Shown: positions 63,715-64,000 of the stretch, in pieces | Layout: each line of letters starts with the position of its first letter | Position numbering within the stretch: position 1 is the stretch's first letter | Origin: Balanoglossus misakiensis | Taxonomy: Eukaryota > Animalia > Hemichordata | Assembly (NCBI GenBank): GCA_040954595.2 | Contig: CM082584.2 | Location: 4,220,110-4,284,109, forward strand | Direction of reading: 5' to 3' | Length of the DNA: 64,000 bases | Notes under the pieces: generated by a model | What the model saw: the letters and a program-made list of their open reading frames with translations, nothing else | Databases searched by the model: none | Told to the model about the DNA's origin: nothing | Made by a program: the position numbers and the translations under genes

Positions 63715-64000
63715 AGCAGCTAGAAAATGAGCTGGATTTAGAAATTGCTTTCTACAGAGGCCACACTTTTGCCCAGTCCACTAAAGCTTCTTATGCGGTT
63801 CACCGCAAGGCCTATCTGGATTTTTGTCTGTCTTTTGGTTACTGTCCTGTACCGGTGGACCCTCTTGTCCTGTGTAGGTATGTAGTTTATCTCGCTAGAC
63901 GCCTGAAGGTCTCTTCTATCCGCCAGTATCTTAACATTGTCCGTCTCCTTCACTCTGAATGTGGGTTTCCCAACCCCCTTGACAGCACAAGCAGTTTTAC
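63703..64000 (+). CDS. Tyrosine recombinase N-terminal (core-binding) region, partial
   Basis: Open frame SQLKQLENEL..AQSTKASYAVHRKAYLDFC..PVPVD..LCRYVVYLARRLKVSSIRQYLNIVRLLH..GFPNPL, typical of DIRS/Ngaro YRs; no ATG of its own (stop at 63660-63662). Confidence 0.8.

Larger units (their letters stand above)
60160..64000 (+). mobile_element. Tyrosine-recombinase retrotransposon (DIRS order, Ngaro-like), runs off the window
   Basis: gag-like ORF, RT/RNase H with no following methyltransferase, then an overlapping YR frame; TATA-like TTTATAA near 60162; 5' boundary uncertain. Confidence 0.88.

Overview
AT-rich, intron-containing animal genomic DNA. An invertebrate deuterostome such as a hemichordate or echinoderm is plausible, but that is inference only. 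The left 44 kb holds three spliced + strand genes, reconstructed by hand from GT/AG junctions and reading phase. (1) A 554-aa TRIM-type RING/B-box/B-box/coiled-coil protein ending in a divergent Deltex C-terminal (DTC) domain. (2) The C-terminal ~585 aa of the meiotic MutS homolog MSH5; its first ~250 aa are not in the window, so the TRIM-DTC gene may be nested in an MSH5 intron. (3) A complete ~1560-aa SARA/endofin (ZFYVE9/16) FYVE gene. Introns carry many non-autonomous DNA transposons (TTAA-, TA-, TAA-, 7-bp- and 9-bp-TSD types) and a Penelope fragment with a hammerhead ribozyme. The right 20 kb has no recognisable host gene. It contains an 8-kb element with perfect 32-bp TIRs and a 7-bp TSD that encloses a 180-bp satellite, plus 308-bp and 188-bp tandem arrays and a second 7-bp-TSD element. 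It ends in a DIRS/Ngaro-type tyrosine-recombinase retrotransposon whose RT is split by a foldback MITE; its pol and YR frames appear to be reached by -1 frameshifting and splicing. Family assignments rest on remembered motifs; no database searches were run.
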